A stretch of DNA of 64,000 bases from the human T2T-CHM13v2.0 reference genome, Homo sapiens (GCF_009914755.1 NC_060929.1), one strand, 5' to 3'. Positions 26,701-40,860 are shown, numbered from the stretch's first letter. Numbers and translations: made by a program. Notes: a model not told the origin generated them from the sequence alone.

Positions 26701-29700
26701 AACTTTTGCATCTCAATTTCATTCAGTTATTTCCAGATTTTAGTTCTTTTCTTTTGCTAAGTTTTATGTTGGTTTGTTATTTTCTCCTCTACTTCCTGTA
26801 AGTACTATGGTGGGTAATTAATTTGAAATCTTTCTAACTTCTTGATGAAAGTATTTAGCACTATAAACTTTCCTCTCAATATGCTTTAGCTGCATCCCCA
26901 AAATTTTGGTAAGTTGTATCTTTATTTTCATTAATTTTAAAGATTTTTTTTAAATTTTTGCCTTAATTTTGTTGTTCACCCAAGAGTTACTTCAGAGCAA
27001 GTTGTTTAATTTCCATGTTTTTGCTAGTTTTGAGAGATGTTCTTGGTATTGATTTCTATTTTTATTGCCCTGTTGTCCAAGAGAGTGTTTGTTATGATTT
27101 TTTTTAACTTGTTGAGACTTGTTTTATAGCTGGGCATGTGGACTATCTTAGAATATGATTCATGTTTGGATAAAAACCGTGTATATTTTGTGGTTGTTGG
27201 GTGCAGTATTCTGTAGAGATCTATTAAGTCCAATTGGTCAAGTGTAGAGTTTAAGTACAGAATTTCTTTGTTAGTTTTATGCCTCAATGATCTAATGCTA
27301 TCAGTGGGGCGTTCAAGTCCCCCACTAGTATTGTGTGGCTGTCTGAGTCTTTTCATAGGTCAAAAAGAACTTGTTTTATGAATCTGGGTGCTACGATGTT
27401 GGGTGCTTATTTATTTTATTTTATTTATTTATTTATTTTTTTAAGACAGAGTCTCACTCTGTTGACCAGGCTGGAGTGCAGTGGTGCGATCTTGGCTCAG
27501 TGCCAGCTCCGCCTCCTGGGTTCATGCCATTCTCCTTCCTCAGCCTCCTGAGCAGCTGGGACTACAGGTGCCGCCACCATGCCTGGCTAATTTTTTTGTA
27601 TTTTTAGTAGAGACAGGGTTTCACTGTGCTAGCCAGGATGGTCTCGATCTCCTGACCTCGTGATCCACCTGCCTCGGTCTCCCAAAGTGCTGGGATTACA
27701 GGCGTGAGCCACCGCGCCCAGCTATTGGGTGCTTATTTATTTATGATAGTTACACCTTCTTGTTGAGTTGAACCCTTTGCCATTATGTAATGCCCTTCTT
27801 TGTCCTTCTTGATAGTTGTTGGTTTAAAATCTGTCTTATCTGATATAAGAATAGTGATACTTGCTCTTTTTTGTTTTCCTTTTGCATGATAGATCTTTCT
27901 CCATCTCATTACTTTCAGCTTGTGGGTGTCACTACATGCAAGATGGGTCTCTCAAAGGCAGCAGACAGTTGGGTCTTATCTCTTTATCCAGTTTGCCACT
28001 CTATGCTTTTTAAGTGGGGGGCTTAGATCATTTATATTCATGGTTAGTATTGACATGTAAGATTTTGATACTCTCATTGTGTTGTTAACTGGTTGTTTTG
28101 TAGACTTCATTGTCTAATTGCTTTATACTGTCTATGATCTATGTGCTTAAGTGTGTTTTTGTGGTAGCAAGTATCAGTCTTTCATTTCCATGTTTAGCAT
28201 TCCCTTTAGGACCTCTTGTAAGGTTCATCTGGTGGTAACAACTTCCCATAGTGTTTGCTTGTCTGAGAAGAATTTTATTTCTCCTTTGCTTATGAAGCTT
28301 AGTTTGGTGGGATATGAGATTCTTGGTTGAATTTCTTTTCATTGAGGATGCTGAAAATAGGTCCCCTATCTCTTCTAGCTTGTAAGGTTTCTGCTGAGAG
28401 GTCTGCTGCTAGCCTGTTGGGGTTCCTTTTGTAAGTGGCCTGATCTTTCTCTCTAGCTGCCTTTAAGATGTTTTGTTTTGTGTTGACATTGGTGAACCTG
28501 ATGACTATGTGCTTGGGGATGATTGTCTTGTATAGTATCTCATAGGGGGTCTCTGTATTCCCTGAATTTGCATGTCCATGTCTACCTCTCTGGCAAGATT
28601 GGGATAATTTTCATGAACTACATCCTCAAGTATGTTTTCCAAGTTGCTTACTCTCTCTCCTTCTTTCTCAGGAATGCCAATGAGTCATAGATTTGGTCTC
28701 TTTATAAAATTCCATATTTATTGGAGGTTTTGTTCTTTAAACATTTTTTTCTTTATTTTTGTCTGACTGATTTGAATGAAAGTAGTCTTCAAGCTCTGAC
28801 ATTCTTTCCTCAGCTTGGTCTATTCTGTTAATGCTTCTGATTACATTGTGAAATTCTTGTAGTGAGTTCTCCAATTCCAGAAGTTCAATTTGGTACTTTC
28901 TTAAAATGGCTATTTCATTTTTCAGCTCTTGGATCATTTTACTGGATTCCTTGGATTCCTTGGATTGGGTTTCAACTTTTTCTTGGATCTCAATGAGCTT
29001 CCTTGCCATTCAGATTCTGAATTCTATAACTATAATGTGGTTAAAAACATTTCTGAGGGGCTAGTATGTTACTTTAGAGATAAGGGGACTCTGTTTTTTT
29101 TTAATTGCCAGAATTCCTGTGTTGATTCTTTCTCATCTGAGAGGGCTGGTGATCCTTTCCTTTAACTGTGATGTAAGATGAGTATAATGAGTTGGCTTCA
29201 TTTCTGGGTGCTTTCAGGTGGCCAAAGATATGTTCAGCATCTTTATTTGTGGCTGAATTTTTGCCTTAATTTTCACAGGCACTGTATACTGGCAAAATAT
29301 TTTTGGTGCTGTAATTTGGACTGTGATCCAGTAGATGACACTTAACAGTAATGGCCAGCAGATAGGCTCTCACTGAGCTATGCAGGTCTTTTGTATTCCA
29401 GTGTTTGCTGTAGTGCTCTGTGGTTGGAAAGAGAGAGATGGCCCCCTCACCAAGTCCACTTCTGTGTCCTGGAGGAGCCCCTTCTGATCACTGGCACCAT
29501 GTATGCATTTCTTTTGTTAGGTGTTATAGGCTTAGGACTCCCTCAGGCAGAGGCCACAGCTGGCAGATAGGCCATACCCTTCCCAGACTGACCCTGTAGA
29601 AGGAAGCATGATCAGCTCCTCCACCAACCAATGAACTCGGGTGTCTCACCCCCTCAGTATTATAAGAGTAGGGGCTCCTCTACTGCTTGGGTACCATCCA

Positions 29701-30472
29701 AGGTGGCGAGTCTTGCCTGCCTAGGAGCAGCAGGGAGCAGGGGACACATGATCTGTTATTGGGGTGTTTCCTGGGAAAATACGGAGCTGTGCCCACCCAC
29801 AGATTTCAGGCAAGGACAGAGCCACTGTGCTGGGAGCCCAAGCCGGCAAGTCTTGCCTGGTTAGGAGCAGTGGGGCTGGGTGGAGTCTGCCATATGGGTG
29901 TTTCCTGGGAGAACACAGAGCTGTGCCCACCCAGAGTTCAAACAAGGGCAGGGTCACTGTGCTGGAAGCAGAAACTGAGCTTTGTCTGGTGAGAAGTGGT
30001 ACAGTCTGACTGCTCCCCAGCACCATGACTGTGGCCTCCACTGGGGCTACAGTAGCTACTGCTGGGCTGCTCAGGGATCCAAGGACTGTTGGGCTCCCTG
30101 CGGCCTTAAGCGGTGCCCTGCAAAAACTCCCAGAGGTTCTCTCTATCAGTCTAGAAGTCCAGGAACCTCATAGGGTTTCTCCTATTCCCAGGATTGTGCA
30201 GGTCCCTGTAGGAAGTGTGCATTCCCCAGGGCTTTTCACTCTCTCACCCTTTGCCCATGTTACAGAACTTCTCCTGGTTTCACATTGGTCCTGGGTGGGC
30301 AGCTGCCCAGCTTCACTCTTCTCTGTTCTCCATGTGTCCCTTTGCTCCCTTGATGAGTCCTGATATGGTTTCTTAGACAATTCACTTGGACAGTCAGTAT
30401 TTACTCACCACTTTGTTTCCTTTCTGTGAGGGTGTTACACATCAGCCCCTTCTAGTCAGTCATCTTGAACCC
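23764..30472 (-). mobile_element. Near-full-length L1PA15/16-like LINE-1 (decayed), containing an AluY
   Basis: 3'UTR at the left end, ORF2 remnants ([11 protein letters not shown]; [14 protein letters not shown]-like), ORF1 remnant 28737-29009, and the 5' end reading GGGTTCAAGATGACTGACTAGAAG on the minus strand. Confidence 0.93.
27417..27722 (-). mobile_element. AluY-like inside L1
   Basis: TSD TTGGGTGCTTATTTATTT at 27399-27416 and 27725-27742; (TTTA)n tail. Confidence 0.95.
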
Positions 30473-31120
30473 ATTTGTTTTTATATTTTTAAATGATTTT
30501 TGATGAAAACTTTCTAAAGTGCAGCATCTCTTCCCCATATTTGTTTTAATTGCATAACCTAATAATGATAATTTGAACTTTTATTGATGGGTGGAATGTT
30601 ATAAGCATCTTTACTTTATTCACTAATGCTATAATTATGTCTCTGCTGCCTTATTTCTTTCTCTCTTGACATTGGACTATAACTTTTGCTGTTATGGAGC
30701 CAAACCTCTAGCAGAACAAACCTCTTTCTAAGCCGGTGGTTCTGATCATTTTGGAAAAAGATAGTTAAATTTTATAGTATGGTATCCTAAGTAAGAGTCA
30801 ATGAACTATATATGAGGCCTGGGAGTAAAATCTTTGGCTTTAGCTGGGAGGTTTTCTCATTAGCAGTTTTATCTAGTTACTTTTGGATGAGAAAAGTTAA
30901 AATTAACAACAACAAAAAATCCAGTTTATGAATACATTTCGTATCTTTCTACCTGGAAACGTGGTTATCATATCATTTTCTAATACTACAAAGGTATCAG
31001 AATTAGTATTATGTGGCATTCTTTCAAAGAAAGTGAAAAGAACACTCGAGTTCAACTAAATTTCCATTTCTAATGTCTAAAGGCTATAACATCTAAAAAT
31101 GTTACCACAGAAAGAATACA

Positions 31121-31476
31121 CAGTTGACCCCTGAACAACACAGGGTTAGAGGCACCAAAGTCCACAGTTGAAAATCCACACATAACTTTTGACTCCTCAA
31201 AAACTTAATTACTAGTAACCTACTGTTGACTAGAAGCCTTATCAATAACATAAACAGTCAATAAACGCATATGTTGTAATGTATACTGTAATCTTACAGT
31301 AAAGTAAGCATAAGAAAATATTATCATTATTATTTGAGACAGAGTCTTGCTCTGTTGCCCAGGCTGGAGTGCAGTGGCACGATGGCTCACTGCAACCTCC
31401 ACCTCCCAGGTTCAAGATATTCTTCTGCTCAGCCTCCCAAGTAGCTGGGACTACAGGTGTGCACCACCACGCCTGG

Positions 31477-31515
<39 letters not shown>

Positions 31516-31869
31516 TTTTTAGTAGAGATGAGGTTTTGCCATGTTGCCCAGGCTGCTCTCGAACTCCTGAGCTCAGGCAATCTGTCAGCTTTGGCCTTCG
31601 AAAGTGCTAGGATTATAGGCATGAGCCACCACACCCGGCCAGAAAATATCATTAAGAAAATCATAAGGAAGATAATGTATTTACTATTCATTAAGTAGAA
31701 GTGGATCATCCTAAAGGTTTTCATCCTAATCATCTTCATGTTGAGTAGGTTGAGAAGGAGAAGGTAGAGGAGGGATTGGTCTTGCTGTCTCAAGGGTTTC
31801 AGAGGCAGAAGAAAATCCATGTATAAGTGGACCCATGCAATTCAAACCCATGTTCTCAAGGGTCAACTG
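31121..31869. mobile_element. Tigger2a-like DNA transposon split by an Alu
   Basis: Terminal inverted repeats CAGTTGACCCCTGAACAAC / GTTCTCAAGGGTCAACTG. Confidence 0.88.
31325..31640 (-). mobile_element. Alu (Jb/old S) with (TA)16 in the middle linker
   Basis: Reverse Alu; (TA)n at 31481-31512; approximate TSD AGAAAATAT(T/C)AT. Confidence 0.93.
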
Positions 31870-33418
31870 TGTATTTTAAAATATTGCATTAAGCTTATTA
31901 TTATGTGGTAGCTTCTGAATGGCCATTATTAAAAATGGCTTGGCCAAGGAGGACTTAAGAGTTAAAACATTCCACTATAGTCCCCTACCAAGCTGGACTC
32001 TCTGCAATGCTGTATCTGCATTTCAACCAATTTTTCCACTTATCTGATTTCCTCTCTGACTTTGCTATTAAGATTAGGAGATCCTACCACTTACCACTTG
32101 CTTTAACTTTAAGCAAAATCCTTCTTTCCACAGGCCAGCAGTGGTCTCTTACTTTGGCATTTCCTCTCTGCTTCATCCTTTAACTCGCTGCCTCTGGTTA
32201 AAGAAGCCGGCACTCCCAAAACAGTCCCCGACCACACTCCCTTCCACACATACACTTTTCCTAGCAACATCTGTATGGCTCTCCCCTTAACACTCAGAAA
32301 TTGTAAATGGCAACATTGTTGAAAGCTTTACTGATGAATATTCCAGGTTATAGCCAAAGATAATACTTTGCCATCTATCTTTCCTAGCTAAACAGTACGG
32401 AAAAAAAGTTTTGGATTATGAGTGCAATTAAAACCAGTGTTTAAAATCTAAAGTCATTTAATACAGTCAAAATAGTAACTTTAAGAAAATGAACTAAAGC
32501 CCATAAATAATGTCACTTGCTCTCCACCACCCTATTAAGTTTCAATGAAAATTCAGAAATGAGAGAGAAAATGATTTGGATTTATTTCTAATTTAAATCT
32601 GATCAAAACACCAGGATCATTCCAGATTCTCTTCCACTATTTTTGCATTTTCAAATTAGGCATGCAATGGAAATGAGCTTGGGCAGGAAGCCTTAGGCAC
32701 GTCAGACTGAAATTCAATAGCCAAAGAAATGCATTCTATGTGTAGGGGACAATATCTTTCTTATATTCTGAGCCCTAATTCTCAGCTATTCTTTTTGCAG
32801 GTTCATCATCAGATATATGGATATAATATCCAGGGCAATTCTCCCATTTGGAAACTAGGAAATGTTACCAGATATGGGGAAAAATTAATTCTAGAAACTG
32901 GATTAAGTTTGGACCCAGAAAGTGAGTCTAGACCAGTTTAGCTTCATTAACGAGGGTTATCGTTAAATTTGATTCCTTTGTTTTGTTCTTTTGGCAAATA
33001 TTCCTTCAGGGCAGGGAGGTGAAGGAAAAATAACTTTTGGTTTCACTCTTTATTTACATTCTTATGTTTGTGTGGCGTTTGCTGAAGGGGAATAAATTTA
33101 TGTAACTAATCAGATACAGGAACAAACATCAGCATATGCTTTATGTCTGCTTGGCTCAGCTGCCTAATATACCTTCTAAGGATCCCAAAGGCAGAAACTT
33201 GGTCCCAAATGATTCCCCAGGGGCTCTCACTCTCCTTTCCTTTCCAGACAGAATGTATACTTCCCTATTTCTGTCTAGTCATCTCATAAAGGGGAAATGG
33301 GCACAGAGTAAGGATATGGGCATGTGGTCCTGTAAAACCATCACTTCCATTGACCAGGGAGAAAAGAAAACATAGTCAGTCTCCTTAGCCAACAATATGC
33401 CATTATAGTAATCATTAT

Positions 33419-33772
33419 TGATATGCTTTGGCTTTGTGTCCCCAACCAAATGTCATCTCAATTTGTGATCCCCACGTGTTGATGGAGGGACTAGTTGGGA
33501 GGTCACTGGATCATGGGGGTGGTTCTCCCATGCTGTTCTCATGATAGTGAGTTCTCACGAGATCTGATGGTTTAAAAATGTTTGGCATTCCCCCCGACCT
33601 CTCCTGCCACCATGTAATATATGCCTTGCTTCCCTTTCGCCCTCCTCCATGATTGTAAGTTTCCTGAGGCCTCCCCAGCTATGTGGAACTGTGAACCAAT
33701 TAAACCTCTTTCCTTTATAAATTACTTAGTCTCAGGCAGTTTTTCATAACAGTGTGAAAATGGACTAATACA
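33419..33772 (+). mobile_element. THE1D-like MaLR solo LTR
   Basis: TGATATGCTTTGGCTTTGTGTCCCC...GAAAATGGACTAATACA with a perfect 5-bp TSD ATTAT (33414-33418, 33773-33777). Confidence 0.93.
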
Positions 33773-34749
33773 ATTATATACATACAAGTTCAGTGAACCA
33801 AACTGAATCCTTGCCAGTTCAACTAGCAGGCCCAGCAGGCCAAACACACAATAAACTGTGCCCAGGACAGCAGCCTTAAGAACATGGTCCTGACAGTTTT
33901 CCATCTGATCCTCAAATCTGCATGTGTTGACAAAGGTGGAGAATGAAATTAGAGAAAGAGAAAATGCTTCCAGACATTAAAGTTTGCATAGAAGTTTAAA
34001 AAGCTCAGCACAATGGCAACAGATATACAAAGCTTAAAAGCAGTGAAAAATATGTGCTTAAATCTGTTTTGTGGTGCTGTCTCCGAGGAGTGATCAAGAA
34101 GTACTGAGACAGAATGCTTTCCCATTAAGAGGAAATGGAGTGTTCCTTTGCCAAGAATGTCTGCAGAATTCTGAAGCCTCATTAGGAGCAGTCGTTGTTT
34201 TTAAGGTTATTTCTTCTTTCCAAAGAGAATGAGTAATTAGAGGCCTTTGAATGATCTGTGTTTGTCTTTCTAAAATCAAAGGTCTTTATTACATTTCTAA
34301 AACAATGTAAAAATTATATTTTTAGCTCACTTCTCTGAAAGTCATGCCCGAAAGAAATGCTTGATAATTTTAATAATGAAACAAATATTCCTTTATGATA
34401 AAATACATTTTACCATTTTATCTACTTACAATCTGATAGTATAACTACATGTAGGAAGCCTTTGAGTTGGTGGTGGTTGTGATGCTGTTGTTTGGCTGTA
34501 TTGATGTGTTTGTGCTCATCTTGTCACACTGTATCACTTATCCAGGAACAGATATTTCACACACTGTTTCCTCTCTCAAGGGTGAACTAGGCACATACCT
34601 GGGGCTTAGCTGTTTCTTATTCACAGAAGGCCTGTAGGGTTAAGAGTAATACAATCAAAAGTGCAGCTTGCTCATGTAGCAATATGAAGTCTCTATGCCA
34701 ACAGAAACCTGAGGCCAAGAAACCATTCTTAACCTTTGAACATATTTCT

Positions 34750-34850
34750 ACTATATGTTAAATCCCTTGGTATTGGTTTCCTCATTTGTGAAATAGAGGA
34801 ATAGAATGAGATGGACTATAAGGGTTACTTCAGCTACAAAAATTCTAACA
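34750..34850 (+). mobile_element. MIR fragment
   Basis: GGTTTCCTCATTTGTGAAATAGAGG core. Confidence 0.6.
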
Positions 34851-36081
34851 TACAACATAATGAGCAAGAGAGCTGCCTCCACATTTACATACTAATTAGG
34901 AATTTTTTAGCTTAAATAAGTTAACTTCCTTTTGAAATTATACAGGATCCTAACTACAAACCAAGAAAACTGAGGCTTTGTGTAATTATGGCAAACAAGT
35001 TCTTCAATCCTATAACTGAAATTGTGTGAAGATTGCCTAAAATGCCTACATGAACTGATTTTTAAAATAAGTGAAACAACGAAGAAAGCCAATAAAACTA
35101 GACTATCGAAAAATAATTTTATAATATACCTTTCATAATATTAAATATTAGAATAGTTTTTTTATAAAATAAAAATTGTGACAATGGTGGATAAATTTTG
35201 TGATAATTTTGTCATTTCCATGATTTATTAAGGTTAGCCTTGATGGATATCTTATTTAGAGTTTTTTCAACATATAAGGAAAAACTGATTAAGGAGTAAA
35301 TATGATGAATTGTATTTATGATGAAGAGCACGGTTTAGACACTATGCTGGTAGCTAATTATAAGCCTGTATAATTTTATAATGAATATGAACAAAAACAA
35401 AAGAGATGGCATTAAGAATATAAATACATCAATAATTATTAGTGAAATCAAATTTGCCTTTTTAGCCTTTGCTTTACAGAAAAAATATTAGCTATTTAGA
35501 GCTCTACTCAGATCATGCAGTATATGTAGAAGAATGACTAGGCAAATAAGGGAGAATTGCATGACTAAAAATATAAAGACACAGGCAAGGAGATGTTGAA
35601 TGAAAATTACAGGCATATAGTAGAGGTAGATATTATAAGGAAGGAGAGGCAGGAAACATCAAGTATACAATTTATGGACAATCAGGCTGGGTACATTCCT
35701 TATTCTAATGAAGGATTTAGGCAAGATTGTTGGACTCTTGTTTACCTAATTTTTTTGAGTATAAAATTCCTTCAAATGTACATTAAACATTTGAAAACAA
35801 TTAGTATGTGTATGATTGTTTTGCTTTATAATAGCTAATAAAAAAAGAAACCCTAAGGTGGGTGAAAAAAGTTATTTTTTACACCCTGCCACCTAATCCT
35901 TAAAAATGTTCCATTTTGAGCACCAAAATGAAGTCTGTAACAAAAAAAAAAGTAAAGAGTTACAATCCAGTTTAGGATTTTAATTATATTCCAATATAGC
36001 AACCTATACACAAGATGGCTAGAAGCCATTAAACTGCACAGACCTCAAAGCTATGGAAGGAGACCTGAACTGCACAATAGC

Positions 36082-36655
36082 TGTGGTTGTCAGAATTCTA
36101 AGAGGGCCCCTAGGATTCCTCCCCCATAGTGTTCACACCCTATATATCCCCTTTCCCCCAAGTGTGGGAGAGATGTGATTACGATAGGAGAGTCATTTCC
36201 TTGGTTAGGTTCTACTGAATGACAAAGGTGATGGGTTGGTCACTCATTTGATTCCATTACATGATCTGCACCCTGGAGAGAGTTTTCTTCCACTGGCTTT
36301 GAAGACATAAGCTCCCATATTGTAAGGTGGCCACATGGCTAGGACCTGAGGTGGCCTCTAGGAGCTGAAAGCAATCCCTGGCCAACAGTCAGCAAGAAAC
36401 AAGGGACTTCAGTTTCTAGGAACTAGGAACACAAAGACCTGATTCCTGTCAATGATGTAAATGAGCTTGGAAGAGGACTCTGAACTCCAGATGAGAACTA
36501 CAGTGTGGTGGACACTTTGATAACAGCCTGGTGAGATTCCAAACAAAAGATTCAGAGAAAAGGAGGCCTGATTCCAGACCCACGGAGACTGAGATAAGAA
36601 ATTTATGTTAAGTTGCTAAGTGGTAATTTGTTACACCGGAAGAGAAGACTAATGA
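36082..36655 (+). mobile_element. MLT1E-like solo LTR
   Basis: TGTGGTTGTCAGAATTCTAAG...GGCCTCTAGGAGCTGA...CAGCAAGAAAC..GGGACTTCAGT...GGTAATTTGTTAC...GACTAAT. Confidence 0.85.
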
Positions 36656-38111
36656 CCAGCATTTATCTGTGGATGATACATTTAATGGTCAACAAACACA
36701 TCTCTTAGGCACATGATCTGAACTGCAAAGTGAATTAAAGATATTCTGAATCCAATACCCAAACCATTTTGGAAACTCTAGGTTTTAATTCTACTGAATA
36801 TGCATTACAGACTTGCCTGGATAAGTGAGTTTCCGTTTAAGCAATGATCCCCATTCTCTAGTTACCTTAACTCATATCATTCTTGTTCACAGACACTACT
36901 TCCCTAACATGTGTTCTGTGGTAGTTTTTAAAAAGCTCTCATCTGCTTTCTTCATAGCCACCCCAATAATGATGCTGAAGACAGAGAACAAAGAGAAGTA
37001 GATGAAATGACTCACTGAAGAACACTTTTCTAATTAGGTGCCAACTTAAGAAAACTGGGCTTATGTCAAAGTCTGAACATTTATTGTAAGTGTTTTTGGT
37101 TCCTCTTGTAATTAATTGTAAATATTTGTACAAAACATAGAAGTTTTTTTGCATTCCTGTCACTGATCAACTAAAGTCACAAACCAATTTTAAAACTAAA
37201 TATTTCAGCAAACAGACTTGGCAGTAAAATATAATTTCCTCAACATCTGATATATTGGTGAAACGTTATTAATTCATATTTTCTCATGCATTCATGGCTG
37301 ATCTTATGAGTAGAGAGAGAGTCAAGCTTGCTAAGAAATGTGATTTGAGGAGTAGGACTACAAGCTTAAACCCAAAGCTCACATCACCTTAATAAAGTGC
37401 CCGGTATTCCTGTCATTATAATTTACTCTGTGGCCCTAATACTTTTTTGAAGTAGTTATGTGAAAATTATAAATAGGTAAAATCAAATATATATGTAAAT
37501 TAGTGAAAATTAACTCATTTGGGTTAAAATAGTCTTCAGAAAGACTATGAAAATCCAAATATATTATAAAGTAGTAGTTAGGTCTTAAAATATATCAACC
37601 AATTGTCCAGCAAAAGGTTTCTTTGGGAATGGGACATGGAATAGCCAATCTTTGATAGAAGAGGGTACTGCTATAGAAGGTCCTGAAAAGCTAAGAGACA
37701 GGATAAAGGGCCTGGAACCCAGGGCACCCTAAAGATAAACCAAATATTTTATGAATTCACTTGCACTGACCCTAGATACAGATAAGATATTGAAAGCTAG
37801 TTTTCTAATTTATATTATTCTATCAAATGAATTCAGCTGCCCTGTAGACCCATATAGAAAACTAGGAAACAGAAAACTTTAGCAACTTGTCCATGGTCAG
37901 TGGTATAAATAAGGCTAAAGACGAAGGCAAGAGATTTATATTTAATCTTTTTCTCAAATCAAGGGATAAACAACTAAATATACCATTAAAAATACTGGGA
38001 AAAAATTTTAAGATTTCTCATTATGGAAAAGTAATGTACAAACAAAGTCACCATGCAATCATGGCCTAAAAGAGCTTCTCAATTTTGAAATTAATATATG
38101 ATTACATGGAG

Positions 38112-38330
38112 CAGGGATCAGCAAACTGTGGCTCACGGGCCAAGTCAGCCAGATGCCTGTTTTTATAAATAATGTTTTATTGAAACACAGTCACTCCCTT
38201 TCCTTCATTTATTGTTTATGGCTGTTTTCCCATTACGCCGGCAATGTTGAGTTGTCATGACAGAAACAGCATGGCCCGCAAAGCCTAAAATATTTACTGG
38301 TTCTTTACAGAAAATATCTGCCAACCCCTG
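38112..38330. mobile_element. MER58A (hAT-Charlie)
   Basis: TIRs CAGGGATCAGCAAAC / CTGCCAACCCCTG; internal GGCCCGCAAAGCCTAAAATATTTACT. Confidence 0.88.
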
Positions 38331-38999
38331 TTGTAGTTCATTAAAAATCAGTGTTTAGTGCAAGTCTACATCTACTATACCTATAATACCTAGAACAAAT
38401 CATACATGATCTCACTAAAGAAAGCCCTTGGTTAATTAAGTAAATAAATAGAATTGATATTAAGTAGACACAACGAAAATGTTACATATTGAGCCTGGCA
38501 GTCAATTCCACAAACACAGACCTGCACAATATGGACTGTGACAATATCTTGCTTTTTTTGTAAACATTCTTAAAATGGTAAACACATTCCACTGGCATTT
38601 TTCATCATCACATATCATTCATTTATTGTAAATCTCAAGATTTTAGTCACAAAACATTTTTTGATGGATTTCACTTTCTATAGGCCTTTGTGCATTGCAG
38701 CTTTGCAAAAATTATACAATCCTCTGGGTACAAATTAACTTGAGAGCCTGGCTGAGATGGAAAATATGATAAAAATGGAAATACAAAAGGCTGTGATGGC
38801 TTTTTAAATTACAGGATATGTATAGCAATAAATAGTAAATCTGGTACTTTTTAAGAAGGATGCCATTGTTAAGAAGCCAGATTTTAAAAATAACAACAAG
38901 GAATATCAAGCCTATTCCCAACATTTTCCAAAAGGAATTTAACTCACTTAAATAGCATCTGTAATTTTAGATAAATAGTTAAACTCAAAAGCAAATTTA

Positions 39000-39313
<314 letters not shown>

Positions 39314-39844
39314 TTAATTTTTTTATGGTGCAGAATTTTTTAGTTTCTGTTGAGTATGTATCCATAACTTTGAGAAAATTATTTTTTGAAAAACTATTTG
39401 ATGTTGACTTTAGGCAATCATACCAGACTACAACCATGTAGAATTAAAATGACATCACGTCTAAAAAATAATTAAAGTCAAAGTACCTGATTTTTGTAAA
39501 GGGTTGTCAACTCTATCTATAAGACTGTGTCTACTAACTTAGTATAAAAATTCCAAACCACAATATCATGTCTCCAGATATGCCTTTGAAGACATCAATG
39601 ATTGACTTCAAATCCTAATTACCCAAAACTCAGAAAACATATATGGAATTTGCAATATTTGAGAGATTCAAGAGGCTATGCTAATAGTTGCTTTCTCTCA
39701 ATTCCCTAAGCTCTTTTCATTCATTTATTCTTACATCCAAACATTACACACTTTCTGATAACTACTGTGTGCCAAGTATATCAGTTATACTATCACTATG
39801 TATACAGCTCACCAGCAAAAGAATGTCATATTCTATTTTCAAAA

Positions 39845-40740
39845 ATCATTTGTGAAGTGCCCATAATGCATGTACTATATACTATGTTAAGTTCTAAGGA
39901 TAAAGAGATTACTAAGACACAACAATGGTTCTAAAATGTGAGTATGTACCAGATATATCTTAGGATTTTATAACTATATAGAAGCTTAGCACCATCCATA
40001 CCCAGTGTATCAGAATTTCTGAGGCACAACTTTGATTTTTTTTTCAAGTTCCACTTGTGAGTCTGAAGCACATTGAAGCTTGAGAGTCATTTCTCTGGAA
40101 GATGTTCCATACAGTGTAGAGATAAGGCAAGTACTATGAATAAAACAGAAACACAAAGAGGGAAGCATCAAGTTCTACCTAGAGTGATCATAGAGATCTT
40201 CTCTAAAGGGGTTAACCTTGAAGCTGAGTTTTAGCAGATAAGAAATTTACCAAGCAGATAAGCAGGCAGTGGTAAACCATATGCAAAAGAGTCAACACAC
40301 CTGGAAATATATGAAGGCGTGAGAACAGCATGCTATGTTTGGGGAACTGCAAGTAGCTAGGTAAGGATGAAGGGCACAGATGCAGAAAGCCCAGGAGAAG
40401 AAGTTGGAAAAGTAGGCAGAAGAAGCCAGATCATGAAGTGCTTTGTATACAACGGCAGAAATTTTGATGCCCTCTTGTGAGCCATAGAATGTTACTGAAG
40501 TTTTGTAATCAAAGGAGTGATATGATTAGACAAATTGCAAATAGTGAAGGAGAATCAGATGGCAGCAGGGAGATATGTTATCCTGGGTGAGAAATGATGA
40601 AGATTTGAACAAAAATACTGGTGTTAGGAAAGAAAAGCGCAGATAAAATAGATCTTCAGGGAGTAAAGTTGACTTGTCCAGGTGATAAACAGATTACAAA
40701 TGGAGAAGGAGTACAATTACTAGTTTCTAATTTGAGGACT
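39845..40740 (-). mobile_element. L2 fragments (with a MER5-like piece at ~39990-40092)
   Basis: Antisense L2 motifs (CCAGATCATGAAG; AAGGAGTGATATGATTAGA); MER5-like TCTGAAGCACATTGAAGCTTGAGAG. Confidence 0.6.
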
Positions 40741-40767
40741 CACTATATTATGCATTTTGGAAAGAGT

Positions 40768-40860
40768 AATAATAGCTAACATTAATAGAACATTTGCCAT
40801 GTTCTAGGCACTGTTTTTGGAGCTTTGTTCACTTAATCCTCATTATATAACAAGAGACAT
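40768..40860 (-). mobile_element. MIR, first part (continues at 42100-42232)
   Basis: AATAATAGCTAACATT...TGTTCTAGGCACTGTT...TTAATCCTCA. Confidence 0.7.

Noticed and set aside
31117-31873. Symmetric TACA/TGTA extension of the Tigger2 TIRs
   Set aside because: Only 2-4 extra bases; explicable by decay of the TA target in a TATA-like context.
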